Positions 9,071 to 19,041 are shown, counted from the stretch's first letter. The stretch: 64,000 nucleotides of DNA from Candidatus Nomurabacteria bacterium (GCA_020632075.1 JACKGH010000001.1:793778-857777); one strand, 5' to 3'. Numbers and translations: made by a program. The notes: a model not told the origin generated them from the letters alone.

Positions 9071-10879
9071 CTACATGCGTGATGCCTGCAGTTCTTCGCG
9101 TGCGCGTTTGATCTGGAGTAATTGGGATGGGTCTGAGGTGATGATCTGATCTTCGGTGTATGAAGCGATGATCTTGATGGCGACGTGCTTTAGTCCTACA
9201 AAGAAGATCCCCTCCCCCACGTTTGACTCTAGAAGGTGTAGTCGTTCATGCTGGGTGAGATTGAAGGTTTTCTGAATGTTATCGATCGCGGTCTGAGACT
9301 GCTTCATGAGTAGCTGGATCGAAGAGTTGGTGATCATCGGGACGCCATAAGGTGAGCGAAGGAAGTCATCTACATCCTGGGTAATTGTCGCGATGCCGAG
9401 ATAGTACTTACGACCGCGCTTGGCGAGGCTGAAGAGGAATGATGCAGTGTCTTCGCTCTTAAGCATCCACCACGCCTCGTCGATCACCATCAGTCGCTTC
9501 GCAAGACGACGACGGATCGAACCCCAAATGAAGTTGGTGATGATATACATCGCGATGGTCTTGAGCTCGTCTTCCATATCGCGGAGTGAAAACACTACAA
9601 ACTTCTGGTTGATATCAACGTTGGTTGGTTCGTTCATAAAGCCTGCCCAGGTACCGGAAGTGTATTTCTGTAGACGGGTGATGAGTGAAGCGCTGCCATC
9701 CATGCCCGCAAGAACCATTTCGAAGTCTGAAAGGAGTGGTGGCTCCATGTCGGCATACTGAGTATCACCGGTAATGTCCTTGAGTGCATACGTTTCTTGG
9801 ATTGCTAGGTCGATCAGTGTTTCCTCTTCTGGTGTCAAGCCACCGAGCATGAGTCGGAAAAGTCCGACCAGCTCGATGATGTGGGTGCGAAGTACGTCAC
9901 GTGGATCTTCATCCTCAGCGGGCTTGGGTAGGTCAAAGGGGTTGACGTGGTGATCGGAAGAAAGTGAGATGTTGAAGAAACGGCCGCCAGTGGCGTCAGC
10001 CAGGTATTCGTACTCTCGTTCTGGGTCAATGACGATAACCTCAGTACCAAACATAAGTGAGCGCAGGATCTCAAGTTTAAGGGTGTATGACTTCCCTGCT
10101 CCTGAGGTGGCGAAGGTTACTGAGTTGTAGTTGGTGAGGCTGTAGCGATCAAAAAGGACAAGTGATGAGTTGTGACGGTTGATGCCGTACAGGATCCCGG
10201 TGTCAGATGTGAGGTCAAATGAAGTGAACGGGAAAAAGCTTGAGAGTGGTGCTGAGTTGAATTTGCTGTGCACTAAGAGTTCGTCTGAGGCGAGGGGTAA
10301 GATGCTTTTAATACCAGGTTCTTGTTGAAAGAGGGCTGGTTTCATGGCCACCATACGAGCATCAAGGATACCGCGCACATCGTTTTCGATCTGGTTTAGT
10401 TCCGAATCATCTGCACCATAGATCGCAATGTAGAATCCAACATTAAAGAGTTTTTCTTCTGCTTGTTGGAGCTTGTCGCGAAGGTCTTCCAGGTTGCGAT
10501 ACGCAGCTTCAAGTTGTGGATCACGCACCTCCCCTTTCTCGGCTTTGATGTTGATCTGACTCTGTACCTCGGCTACTTTTTTCTGGAATTTCTTGAGTGT
10601 TTCGGCAGTGTCGATCGGATGAATAAACAAGGTAACATCAAGTTCGCTGGCTAAGTTAAGGATCGGTTCGATCCAGCCGTCGTTTAGAATACGTGGGTAT
10701 GAAACCGCGTAGTACACTCGCGCATTCACCCCACTGATATTAATACTATTTGGTGTGATCTTGATCGCAGATGGAGCAATAACATCAGTCAGCGTTAGTA
10801 ATTGATCACCAATTGAAGGGGTGGTGTTCCCTTCTGGAGTGGTACTTGCTTTTGGTTGTAGTGCATCAAAGATTCCCAT
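9071..10879 (-). CDS. VirB4/TrbE/CagE-family T4SS ATPase, C-terminal 602 aa including the ATPase domain
   Basis: Walker A TSGAGKSYTLK, Walker B-like VIDEAWWML, VirB4-like overall architecture. Confidence 0.85.
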   Translation of the reverse strand: MGIFDALQPKASTTPEGNTTPSIGDQLLTLTDVIAPSAIKITPNSINISGVNARVYYAVSYPRILNDGWIEPILNLASELDVTLFIHPIDTAETLKKFQKKVAEVQSQINIKAEKGEVRDPQLEAAYRNLEDLRDKLQQAEEKLFNVGFYIAIYGADDSELNQIENDVRGILDARMVAMKPALFQQEPGIKSILPLASDELLVHSKFNSAPLSSFFPFTSFDLTSDTGILYGINRHNSSLVLFDRYSLTNYNSVTFATSGAGKSYTLKLEILRSLMFGTEVIVIDPEREYEYLADATGGRFFNISLSSDHHVNPFDLPKPAEDEDPRDVLRTHIIELVGLFRLMLGGLTPEEETLIDLAIQETYALKDITGDTQYADMEPPLLSDFEMVLAGMDGSASLITRLQKYTSGTWAGFMNEPTNVDINQKFVVFSLRDMEDELKTIAMYIITNFIWGSIRRRLAKRLMVIDEAWWMLKSEDTASFLFSLAKRGRKYYLGIATITQDVDDFLRSPYGVPMITNSSIQLLMKQSQTAIDNIQKTFNLTQHERLHLLESNVGEGIFFVGLKHVAIKIIASYTEDQIITSDPSQLLQIKRAREELQASRM

Positions 10880-10885
10880 ATATGT

Positions 10886-11527
10886 TTATGCGTTTTCAAC
10901 TAATGGCGCAGATCCAGTCGGGTCGCCTGGGTTGTAAAGATGGTAATAAAATTCAACCAGATCGTCTTTCTGGAGAGTGATAGTGCGGACTCCAACACGA
11001 GCTAGTCCTTCAATCACCATAGCGGTGCGCTGCTCAAGCTGGATGCGGTGTTCCTCAAACAGAGCGTCGGTAGGTAAGACGCCCCGTGTTTGTCCGGGAG
11101 TGAAAAGATTGGTGATACCCTTTGCAATATTAAGCTTCGCTGGGCTATACGGAACGACGACAAAGAAGTTCTTACTCATCACATCGACATTGTTGGTGAA
11201 TGATTGAATAAATTCAATGTATTCACGAAGTTGGATCCGCATGAGGTCGTTATCTTGCTTAGACTCTAGGCTATGTAAGCGTTCTAGATAGGGCTTGATG
11301 TTAAGTTGACGTGATTGGACGTAGATCTGGAGTGAGAAATCAAGTGTGTTTAAGAATTGTTGGAACTGCAACAAGATCGCCTCTTGTTCATCAGCTGACT
11401 TGAGTGCAAAGTTGACCGATGATGCCAAAATGACCATGCACATCTGTCCATTCTTTTGGATCACAACATTCTCTTTAATGTCGCGAATTGAAACAAAATC
11501 TTGTGTAGCGGCTTGAGTACTTGGCAT
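10886..11527 (-). CDS. VirB4 N-terminal domain (213 aa), separated from the ATPase part by a single in-frame TAA
   Basis: Same reading frame as 9071..10879. TAA lies at complement 10886..10888, then two codons, then ATG. The protein resembles the N-terminal domain of Gram-positive VirB4. Confidence 0.65.
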   Translation of the reverse strand: MPSTQAATQDFVSIRDIKENVVIQKNGQMCMVILASSVNFALKSADEQEAILLQFQQFLNTLDFSLQIYVQSRQLNIKPYLERLHSLESKQDNDLMRIQLREYIEFIQSFTNNVDVMSKNFFVVVPYSPAKLNIAKGITNLFTPGQTRGVLPTDALFEEHRIQLEQRTAMVIEGLARVGVRTITLQKDDLVEFYYHLYNPGDPTGSAPLVENA

Positions 11528-11528
11528 A

Positions 11529-11957
11529 TTATTCGGATTTTTGCATAGCTTGTAATTCTAGTTTACGCGCAAGTGAGCTGATGTCTTTCTTTTCTTGTTG
11601 GGTTGATGGCGGCGGCACACTTACGGCAGTGAAACCAGTGTTCTGAGGTGCAGTTGGTTCGCTTTTGTGGACCACTTCAGTCTTTTGTCGCCACAAGTAC
11701 AAACGTTGTTTGCTAGCGTAATTAAAGATGGCTTCAAGAAAAAAAGAGAATGGCCGGTTGTTGACAGGATAAAATGCAAGTGCGCCAGCAAGAATGCCGA
11801 GGGGCAAGCCGATCAAGATAAAAACAAAAAAGTTCGTTGTAAGGAGAATAACCACTGCCATGCCGATACCACCACCTAGATACAAGAACTGTCTCCAGGT
11901 GAATGGGCCAAAGATCTTATCTTCAACCTCAATGAACTGTGGTACCTCAAAATGCAT
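11529..11957 (-). CDS. PrgI/VirB3-like small membrane protein
   Basis: 142 aa. FTWRQFLYLGGGIGMAVVILL...ILIGLPLGILAGALAFYPVNNRPF gives two TM helices, and the gene sits adjacent to VirB4. Confidence 0.55.
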   Translation of the reverse strand: MHFEVPQFIEVEDKIFGPFTWRQFLYLGGGIGMAVVILLTTNFFVFILIGLPLGILAGALAFYPVNNRPFSFFLEAIFNYASKQRLYLWRQKTEVVHKSEPTAPQNTGFTAVSVPPPSTQQEKKDISSLARKLELQAMQKSE

Positions 11958-12017
11958 ACACCACCATTATACATGGTGGTGTACGATAAGAGTATGTGTG
12001 TAGCGAGGCTATCCCCA

Positions 12018-12506
12018 CTACGGTTGTATTGCTGGGTTGGTCGGTAATGTTTGTGGGTTTGATTGATTGCCTAGTCTCCCCTCTTGCAAGATCGCATCTT
12101 GGGTAGAGGTGTATATGATCTCATCGGGGATGTTGTGCTGACTCATATCTTGCTGCATGGTGCGGATATGGGACGCGTCTTTTAGTGTTTGGTTTGGAGT
12201 AGGTGTTGGTGCTGCTCCTTTTGAGATGAGATCAATGACATCACCAGTGATCGCAACAGCTTTCTCGGTAGGAATGCTGAGCTCTTCAGTGAGTATTTGC
12301 GGTAGTTCAGATTGATTGCGAAGACCTAGGATTACATCGCCCACAATAGTGGAGAATAAACTTCCCTGTTCACTACCAGTGATGCCATGCTTGGTTATCA
12401 TTGTATTTACAGCCACGAAGGTCTCCTCGGCGGTATATAAGCGTGACTGTTCGTCGGTGGCAGCAGCGTAGGCTTGATCTCTTAGTTCATTGGTTATGTT
12501 CTTCAT
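12018..12506 (-). CDS. Hypothetical protein in T4SS-like operon
   Basis: 162 aa ORF in operon context, no recognised motif. Confidence 0.55.
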   Translation of the reverse strand: MKNITNELRDQAYAAATDEQSRLYTAEETFVAVNTMITKHGITGSEQGSLFSTIVGDVILGLRNQSELPQILTEELSIPTEKAVAITGDVIDLISKGAAPTPTPNQTLKDASHIRTMQQDMSQHNIPDEIIYTSTQDAILQEGRLGNQSNPQTLPTNPAIQP

Positions 12507-12511
12507 AGGTA

Positions 12512-15016
12512 TTAGCTACGATTTTGATCTCTAAGGGCGTTGCCTACGTTTGAATCTAGTGCGATCGGTGAGTTGCCGTTTCCGTCTGATTCAGACTGAG
12601 TAGTTGTTGATTGGTTTTGTGCAGAATTCCCTGATCCGGAATTGCTTGAATTTGAGTTACTGCCTGATTGGTTCAAGTATTCATCAGGAGTGTTCCAGTC
12701 GCGAGCGCCAACCTTACTAGTGAGGTATTTCTTCGCTTCTTCGTTTCCATTACTCAGTACCGCGTCGCGTAGTTGATCACGCTGAGTAGCATCAAGCGTC
12801 TTTTGTTTATAGATCTCTTCTAGTACACCAGCATTGATGTATTCGAGCGCATTGTTTGAAAGGAGAATGTCAGGTGGAAGTTTTGCAATTTCTGAAGGTT
12901 TCTTTGCGCGTGAAGCATAAGTTGTGGTCTGAATTGGCTGCTGGGTGCTTGTGTCGTAGGTTTCAACACCTCGAGTCGTGTCATGGAAGACTCCTTTGCG
13001 CACTTCTGGACTTGCATTACTAAAGGTACTGATCAAGCCTGCCTTACGTGATGCTTTGAACATAGATTTCTGCTGATCGTTGAAACCGTCACTCTTATCA
13101 AGCCCGTCCATTTGTTGCGAAGTAAGGAGGTGTGCATTCTCACGGATCCAGGCGGCGCCGAGGTTTTCAATCTGCTTTGCAGAGAGCTTAGCGAGCTGAT
13201 CGGTCATGATCTTGCCGCCTGATGAGATCGCGTTATTGAATGCATCATCTCGAACTTTGGCGATCTTACCCTTCACATCACCAGTGAGGTTGTCACTCTT
13301 CATAAGACCCTCAATCTGACCTGGCTTAAGCTCGCTAACCAATTGTTCGAATGTCTCTGGTTGAGTCTGGAACATTTCTTCCAGATCTTTAACAGACGCT
13401 CGAGATGCAATGTCGCGCATTTTCTGAATCGATTCGTCACGAGCTTTTTCAGCGTCAGTAACTCTCTGCATCTTATCAGGATCATTTTGTAGTGATTCAC
13501 GGGTGACTACCTTGTTGGTGTCAGGATCGATCGCGTGGGTGCTGCGATCGTAGCGAGCTTCTTCATTGCGAGCGTTAGCACCGTCTCGAACATCTGTACG
13601 GTTGCTTCGGCGAGATTCGATAGTCTTAACCTTCTTGTCGTGTTCAGCTTGGGTGTCTTTAAGTCCAAACTTAGAGTTCTGCATCTTGCTTGCAGTAGAA
13701 CGACCAATGGTGTCTGCCACCACAGTTCCAGCTACCATACGACGTAGCTTACTGTCGGATGCTTGCCACTGAGTGATCTTACGATCAAGGCCAGTACCAA
13801 GCTGACTGGTCTTTGAACGTGCGTATGCACCAGCGCCAGAGTGTGCCACTCCCCACTTTGTGCCTCGCCAAGCAGCTCCAGGCACAGCTTGAGCAGTACG
13901 TTGTAGTCGGCGCTGTGCGCGATTCTTGAGATTTTGTCCGATACGGATAGCAGCAGCTGAACCGTCAGCACTCATTTTGTTGGCCACCACAATAGCAGCA
14001 ATCAAGAATACACAGCTAAGCACAAATGGCGGAATGGTGCCACCGAAGTTGGCCTGGATTGAAGCGCCGTCACGACCAAAGATGGCTGCGAAATTAGGTT
14101 CACCGTTAACCTTACTGCCGTAGAATTGATAGATAATTTTACCAGCAAAATATACGAGAAGTAGATACAGAGGCGCAAAGAACGCACGTCCAAGGAAGCC
14201 TCGCCAGTACTTGGAAGTGACGCTCTGGAGCTGCGGAAATACCCACCCAAGGAACATGAGTGGTGAAAGCACCATATAGAGACAGAGAGCAGCAAAGCGT
14301 ATGATCAACAAAATACCACCAGCAGCAAAGACAAAGGCCATGATGATGAAGAGGATCATGGCGCCAAATATAAAGCCATAGTATCCCCCGCTGCTCAACC
14401 CCCCCTTGTTACTGACAGCAGTTTTTAGAGACTCTTGACCGAATAGCGTAGTAATACCAAGATCATTCATGAATGATCCAGAGATATCGTATTTGTCATA
14501 CCACCAGTCACCCATTTTTGCACCTGGGATAGTGCTTCCTAATGGGAAACCATTGGTCACAATTTGAGTCGCAAGCACATTGCTGAAATCAACCACAAAC
14601 TTCGTGATAAAGAGACTGAAGTTCACGAGAAGGGCTGCGAGGATAAGGTACACCAAAGCGCGGCGAGTACTAGAATCGTCGCTGTTGAGGATCATGCGGA
14701 AGCCAAGATATACCAGACCAAAGATGAAGGTGATATTGAAGAGATCTCGGACACTCGCCCAGAGTTGGTTGACCGCGACTCCGACGCCCCCACTATTAAA
14801 GTAGTGGCCGAATCCGATCACAAAGTCGTTCACGCCGTAATTCAAGAGAAGGCCGCCAGTACCAGCCAGAACATGTCCGAAGAAAGATACTACAACACCC
14901 CATAATACCTCATGTATAGCATCAGGGTCTGCTGCGAATGTTACATTTGGAAATAACAGCACAACAACAGGTGTCAACAAAAGGAGTGCTGGTAGGTAGT
15001 GTCGTAGTTTTTTCAT
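12512..15016 (-). CDS. VirB6/TrbL-like polytopic membrane protein with long charged C-terminal extension
   Basis: Signal peptide MKKLRHYLPALLLLTPVVVLLFPNVTFA, at least 6 TM helices, 350 aa Lys/Asp/Glu-rich tail ending in an NSNSSNSGSGNS low-complexity stretch. The start codon overlaps the upstream stop (ATGA). Confidence 0.6.
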   Translation of the reverse strand: MKKLRHYLPALLLLTPVVVLLFPNVTFAADPDAIHEVLWGVVVSFFGHVLAGTGGLLLNYGVNDFVIGFGHYFNSGGVGVAVNQLWASVRDLFNITFIFGLVYLGFRMILNSDDSSTRRALVYLILAALLVNFSLFITKFVVDFSNVLATQIVTNGFPLGSTIPGAKMGDWWYDKYDISGSFMNDLGITTLFGQESLKTAVSNKGGLSSGGYYGFIFGAMILFIIMAFVFAAGGILLIIRFAALCLYMVLSPLMFLGWVFPQLQSVTSKYWRGFLGRAFFAPLYLLLVYFAGKIIYQFYGSKVNGEPNFAAIFGRDGASIQANFGGTIPPFVLSCVFLIAAIVVANKMSADGSAAAIRIGQNLKNRAQRRLQRTAQAVPGAAWRGTKWGVAHSGAGAYARSKTSQLGTGLDRKITQWQASDSKLRRMVAGTVVADTIGRSTASKMQNSKFGLKDTQAEHDKKVKTIESRRSNRTDVRDGANARNEEARYDRSTHAIDPDTNKVVTRESLQNDPDKMQRVTDAEKARDESIQKMRDIASRASVKDLEEMFQTQPETFEQLVSELKPGQIEGLMKSDNLTGDVKGKIAKVRDDAFNNAISSGGKIMTDQLAKLSAKQIENLGAAWIRENAHLLTSQQMDGLDKSDGFNDQQKSMFKASRKAGLISTFSNASPEVRKGVFHDTTRGVETYDTSTQQPIQTTTYASRAKKPSEIAKLPPDILLSNNALEYINAGVLEEIYKQKTLDATQRDQLRDAVLSNGNEEAKKYLTSKVGARDWNTPDEYLNQSGSNSNSSNSGSGNSAQNQSTTTQSESDGNGNSPIALDSNVGNALRDQNRS

Positions 15017-16422
15017 GGTGTGGTTAGATCTTCTCGAATTACTTCTTCCCACTCAGCAATAAGCTCGGTTAGTTCATCTGATGTGTGGAGAGTCAGGCCA
15101 CTGTAGGTAGCGACAGACGCATTTGCTACTGCTACGTTACCTGGATTTGCTTCTAGATCTCCGATGATGTTGTTTAGAACAATTACATTGTTTCCAGTAG
15201 CGCCAATTAGGCCAGCTATTTTAATGAGTTCTGTATTTGCTTCAATTTTTTGAGCAGCTGGTGCGGTTGGGTCAGCAATGATAGCGGCAAACTTCTTTTG
15301 ATAGTCTACCAGGATACCTTGGAATGTAGTTTCAAACGAAACAGCAGATTGAGCCAGTTGTAGGATATTTTCTGCACTTGGGACATTAGAAATTGGTAGA
15401 CTCATCGCGTTGAGGTATGAACCGCCAGCATATCCAGCGTACGTGTAACCGGTACCACCTGAGAGACCAAGAAGTCCGGCTGCTCCAGTCAATGCCTTAT
15501 TGGCAAGTTGCCCAAGGAGTGCTGCAATGATTTCATTGATCTCATCAGCAGTGATGAGTGCTTCGCGACCAGAGTCAAGATTGAAGGAGAGTGCTTCTTC
15601 AATGATCTTGCCTGGCTTTGAGATGAAACAATCTTCTGTTGCACCATTTGGACCACTGACCATGCGACAGATTTCGCCAGAGAGGAATCCGTCTCCCCAA
15701 CCGATCTTTGTCGCTTCTTCACCGCGAGCATTTAAAATGCGTATCTCTGCACCAGTCTGTGCAGCGAGCGCTGCACCGTATGGAGTGTATTGCTCTGGAG
15801 AAGAAGTGATATCAAACCAGTCATTCCATCCACCAGCATTGAAGCTGCCCTGTGCTCCATCAGTGAATGAGGTGATGTTGTCGATAATACCGGTCAGGGT
15901 ACAAGTTGGAGCTGGTTGGTTGATGCGAGTGTTTTGGTATTGGAGATCGATCGCCATTCGCACTTGTAGCTGGAAAGGTGAACATACAAAACTACTGATC
16001 TCCTGGGCGATATACTCGCCAATTGCTTGGTCAGCTGCTTCTAGTAGGTGTCGTTTTAAATTCGTAACAAACATTGGTCTGCCCTCGAAGCCTGAGTTTA
16101 TCCAGTTTACCAAGCTATTAACCATTGATCTGACGATCTGCTTCGCGACAGCCCAAGCAATTCCGTCTAGTACCCACTCTTTCGATTGGAGTGCCGATGT
16201 GGCCCAGGCAATAACAGTGGTCTTTGCTGCGGTGATGGTATTTTTAATGGCTGAAATTGAGTTTTTCGCCACGTTGACCAGCTGTGTCACTTCAAGTCCA
16301 AATGCAGCTTCAGTATGCTCCACCTTGTTCCACTGATGTGGTACGTAGGTCGCCACAAACGCAAAGACCATGAATATGGTTGCGACCATCGTTTTCTTCA
16401 AGAGTGCAAAAAGGGTGTCCAT
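15013..16422 (-). CDS. Membrane-anchored protein (469 aa), unknown function; T4SS-like operon
   Basis: N-terminal TM MVATIFMVFAFVATYV. Antisense ORF 15500..16336 is judged spurious. Confidence 0.6.
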   Translation of the reverse strand: MDTLFALLKKTMVATIFMVFAFVATYVPHQWNKVEHTEAAFGLEVTQLVNVAKNSISAIKNTITAAKTTVIAWATSALQSKEWVLDGIAWAVAKQIVRSMVNSLVNWINSGFEGRPMFVTNLKRHLLEAADQAIGEYIAQEISSFVCSPFQLQVRMAIDLQYQNTRINQPAPTCTLTGIIDNITSFTDGAQGSFNAGGWNDWFDITSSPEQYTPYGAALAAQTGAEIRILNARGEEATKIGWGDGFLSGEICRMVSGPNGATEDCFISKPGKIIEEALSFNLDSGREALITADEINEIIAALLGQLANKALTGAAGLLGLSGGTGYTYAGYAGGSYLNAMSLPISNVPSAENILQLAQSAVSFETTFQGILVDYQKKFAAIIADPTAPAAQKIEANTELIKIAGLIGATGNNVIVLNNIIGDLEANPGNVAVANASVATYSGLTLHTSDELTELIAEWEEVIREDLTTP

Positions 16423-16432
16423 AAGAAATTAA

Positions 16433-17350
16433 TTACATTTGATAATCAGGGCTAAAAATAACAAACAGTGATGCTGGGTCTTCGGTCGTAAACAGGTTGG
16501 CGTACGGCTCAACAGCTAGGTACATGTTCTGGGCTGCGTATGCTAATCCGGTCGCGTCATCTTCGTAACGCTTAAGTCGCAACATGGTCTGAGCTGGGTC
16601 TTCCATAACCATGGTCATTGCCTCGATATCTTGATGGATAGCGTTGAATGTATTAATAAGATCAAGATGTTCCTTAACAAGAAACTCAGGTACTGGTATG
16701 AGCAAAGCGTCATCTCGGTAGTTCTTGTACACACCAGAGAGGCCCTTAAGTTCATCCATTCTATCAATTTGTTGCCCCACAACGATGTCTTGTAACACAT
16801 ACAACTCGCCCTCTAAATCAGGTACGTTGTGGCGGATTATGGTAGCTGCCATAGTATTGGCATAATTAACGATATCTTGATCATCCCATTGCTTCATGAT
16901 GCTGATATCAGGAGTGTCGTAGATCTTTGCTTCTGTTTGTTGGCTCAACACATTAATGGTGTGTGAGATAACTTCTTCCTGTGAACTACCAAACGGTCCG
17001 TACTCACGAGATAGGACAATTCCTTCCATAAAATTGATACTCATTTCCCCGGTGAGTGTATCTGGCGGAATGTAGGACGTAGAAGCAGATTGATCTAGAA
17101 AGACCGGCTCGGTAGTCACGAAGTCATCTCTCCAGTCTTCAATGCCGTTGTTATCGGTGTCAACCACCTCGATCGCAATACGTTCGGTTGAGGCGACAAC
17201 GGCAGCAGCAGTCTGAGATGGGATTGCTTTTGGTTCCATTAGGCTACTAAGTGTGTAGGCGCCTAAGATAAGCGCAAAACCGATGACGGTCGCGCCAACT
17301 ATCTTTGGGTTAATCTGCCCCTGCATATACCAATTAGTATAACAGTACAA
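16433..17350 (-). CDS. Membrane-anchored protein (305 aa), unknown function; first gene of the T4SS-like operon
   Basis: N-terminal TM IVGATVIGFALILGAYTL. Confidence 0.6.
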   Translation of the reverse strand: MYCYTNWYMQGQINPKIVGATVIGFALILGAYTLSSLMEPKAIPSQTAAAVVASTERIAIEVVDTDNNGIEDWRDDFVTTEPVFLDQSASTSYIPPDTLTGEMSINFMEGIVLSREYGPFGSSQEEVISHTINVLSQQTEAKIYDTPDISIMKQWDDQDIVNYANTMAATIIRHNVPDLEGELYVLQDIVVGQQIDRMDELKGLSGVYKNYRDDALLIPVPEFLVKEHLDLINTFNAIHQDIEAMTMVMEDPAQTMLRLKRYEDDATGLAYAAQNMYLAVEPYANLFTTEDPASLFVIFSPDYQM

Positions 17351-17408
17351 ATCGGTCAGTTTGAATTATTTTCACACAGAAAACACAAAACTGTGTATAA
17401 ACAGTGGA

Positions 17409-18272
17409 TTAGTTGTTGGTGGAGGTTGGGTGTAGCTGAGGATGGAGTTTGGATAAAAGTGACAGCCAAACAGCGAGCGGCAGGTCTTCCCCACGCACCG
17501 TGTGACTGATCTGTAATTCAGTAAAGATCGTTTCAAGAAGACCCCGGTCGTATTCTGCTGATAGATTACCGAGTAGTTGCTTTCGTTTCTGCGCAAAGCC
17601 GAGATGAAGGATTGAAAAGAATGCTGTGTAGCTTTCGGCAGGTATTTTGTCGTGAGATATGTTGTGAACTGCGACGATGGCAGAATCGACTTTTGGTGGT
17701 GGTGTAAAATGCCCGCGCTTGACGGTACATATATATGAAGGATCACCGAAGACTTTCACCGAGAGTGAGAGGAGTGACTCTTTCGGGTCGCGCGCGATGC
17801 GCTCTGCGACCTCTTTTTGTACAAGAAAGACAAGGTCTGAGGGCTGACAGTTGGTATCGAGCAGGCTGCGGAAGAGGCTGCCGGAGAGGTAGTATGGGAT
17901 GTTCGAAATGACGATATAGCTATGTTTTTCAAGGCCAAATTGACTTGGGTCGAGGGTACGAGCGTCGTGGTGGTGGATGGTGAGCTGACCGCGGGCGATT
18001 TCGTCAGGAAAGGTTTCTTCAAGCGACGAAATCGCCCGCTGATCCGCCTCCACGGCCACGACCCTCGCGCCACGCGTCAAAATCTCCCGCGTCAAAATCC
18101 CCGTTCCCGGACCGATCTCAAGCACGGTCTTGCCTGCTATGTCCCCTGCCGCATCACACATCTGCTTCGGCACGTAGTCACTATTCAAAAAATGCTGCCC
18201 GAGGGACTTTTTATGTTGAAAGTTATTGGTCACAAACAACAGCATACCTTTCTTTAGGTACGAATCAAGCAA
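17409..18272 (-). CDS. rsmA: 16S rRNA (adenine1518/1519-N6) dimethyltransferase
   Basis: KKSLGQHFLNSDYVPKQM...VLEIGPGTGILT; a SAM-MTase motif typical of KsgA. The start is probably internal to the track ORF. Confidence 0.85.
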   Translation of the reverse strand: MLDSYLKKGMLLFVTNNFQHKKSLGQHFLNSDYVPKQMCDAAGDIAGKTVLEIGPGTGILTREILTRGARVVAVEADQRAISSLEETFPDEIARGQLTIHHHDARTLDPSQFGLEKHSYIVISNIPYYLSGSLFRSLLDTNCQPSDLVFLVQKEVAERIARDPKESLLSLSVKVFGDPSYICTVKRGHFTPPPKVDSAIVAVHNISHDKIPAESYTAFFSILHLGFAQKRKQLLGNLSAEYDRGLLETIFTELQISHTVRGEDLPLAVWLSLLSKLHPQLHPTSTNN

Positions 18273-18278
18273 GGTGAC

Positions 18279-19001
18279 TTAGTCGACGCTCGAAGATCCA
18301 AGAAGGCGACGTTCAACCATGTTACCGACAATTGCGATCAGTAATCCGAAAAGCAGCAAGCTGGTAAACTGTAGCCCAACCACAAGAAGTTTTGTGATGG
18401 TTGAAAAATCAGCATGATTCACGCCACTGCCAAGCAATACGGTGGTTACCCAAAGTACTGCGGAGGGTATGTCTGCAAACAATACATTTCTTTCACCTTC
18501 AAAAAGATACAGCAAACTAGCAAAGATCATAACCGCAATAGCTAGTGCTATAAGGTAAATTTCCATAGAAATAACCCGCACTTCTTGGACCTTCTTACTA
18601 TTTTTGTTTGCGTACTTACTGATTCGTGAGAGTTTTGCGACACGAGAGAGCTTGAGGAATTTGAGAAGTCGACTGATTCTGGCGGTTTTTAAGAATGTTA
18701 AGTTGGCTACGCCGAAATATGTAGGAACTATAGATACTATGTCTAAGATCCCGTAAAAACTCAGTAAATATTCCTTCTTTTCATCCTTTGCGTACAGTCT
18801 TGCAATAAATTCAATAGTGAAGATAGCCACTGCTACGTACTCAATGATGGTAAATAGTGTTTGGTATTCAGTGAGAGAGGAGACAGTTTCAAGTGCGATC
18901 GATAAAACTGAAATGATGGTGACAATGCCTAAAAACTCATTCGTACGTAGGTATGTTTTTGAGCTGTTTCTAATGAGTGCTTTTTCGAGAAAAGGTTTCA
19001 T
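18279..19001 (-). CDS. Voltage-gated ion channel superfamily protein (Ion_trans-like, 6TM with S4-like helix)
   Basis: S4-like RISRLLKFLKLSRVAKLSRISKY with positive charges every third residue. Start reassigned to MKPFLEK (ATG complement 18999..19001), because the longer track ORF overlaps pcrA. Confidence 0.55.
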   Translation of the reverse strand: MKPFLEKALIRNSSKTYLRTNEFLGIVTIISVLSIALETVSSLTEYQTLFTIIEYVAVAIFTIEFIARLYAKDEKKEYLLSFYGILDIVSIVPTYFGVANLTFLKTARISRLLKFLKLSRVAKLSRISKYANKNSKKVQEVRVISMEIYLIALAIAVMIFASLLYLFEGERNVLFADIPSAVLWVTTVLLGSGVNHADFSTITKLLVVGLQFTSLLLFGLLIAIVGNMVERRLLGSSSVD

Positions 19002-19041
19002 GCAGATAAATTGTAACAGACTTGCTTGAGTGTCTGTTGCT

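Noticed and set aside
15500-16336. 278-aa plus-strand ORF antisense to T4SS-like gene 15013..16422
   Set aside because: Ser/Ala/Pro-rich low-complexity translation typical of the antisense frame of a real gene. No start context. The minus-strand gene has membrane-protein features.
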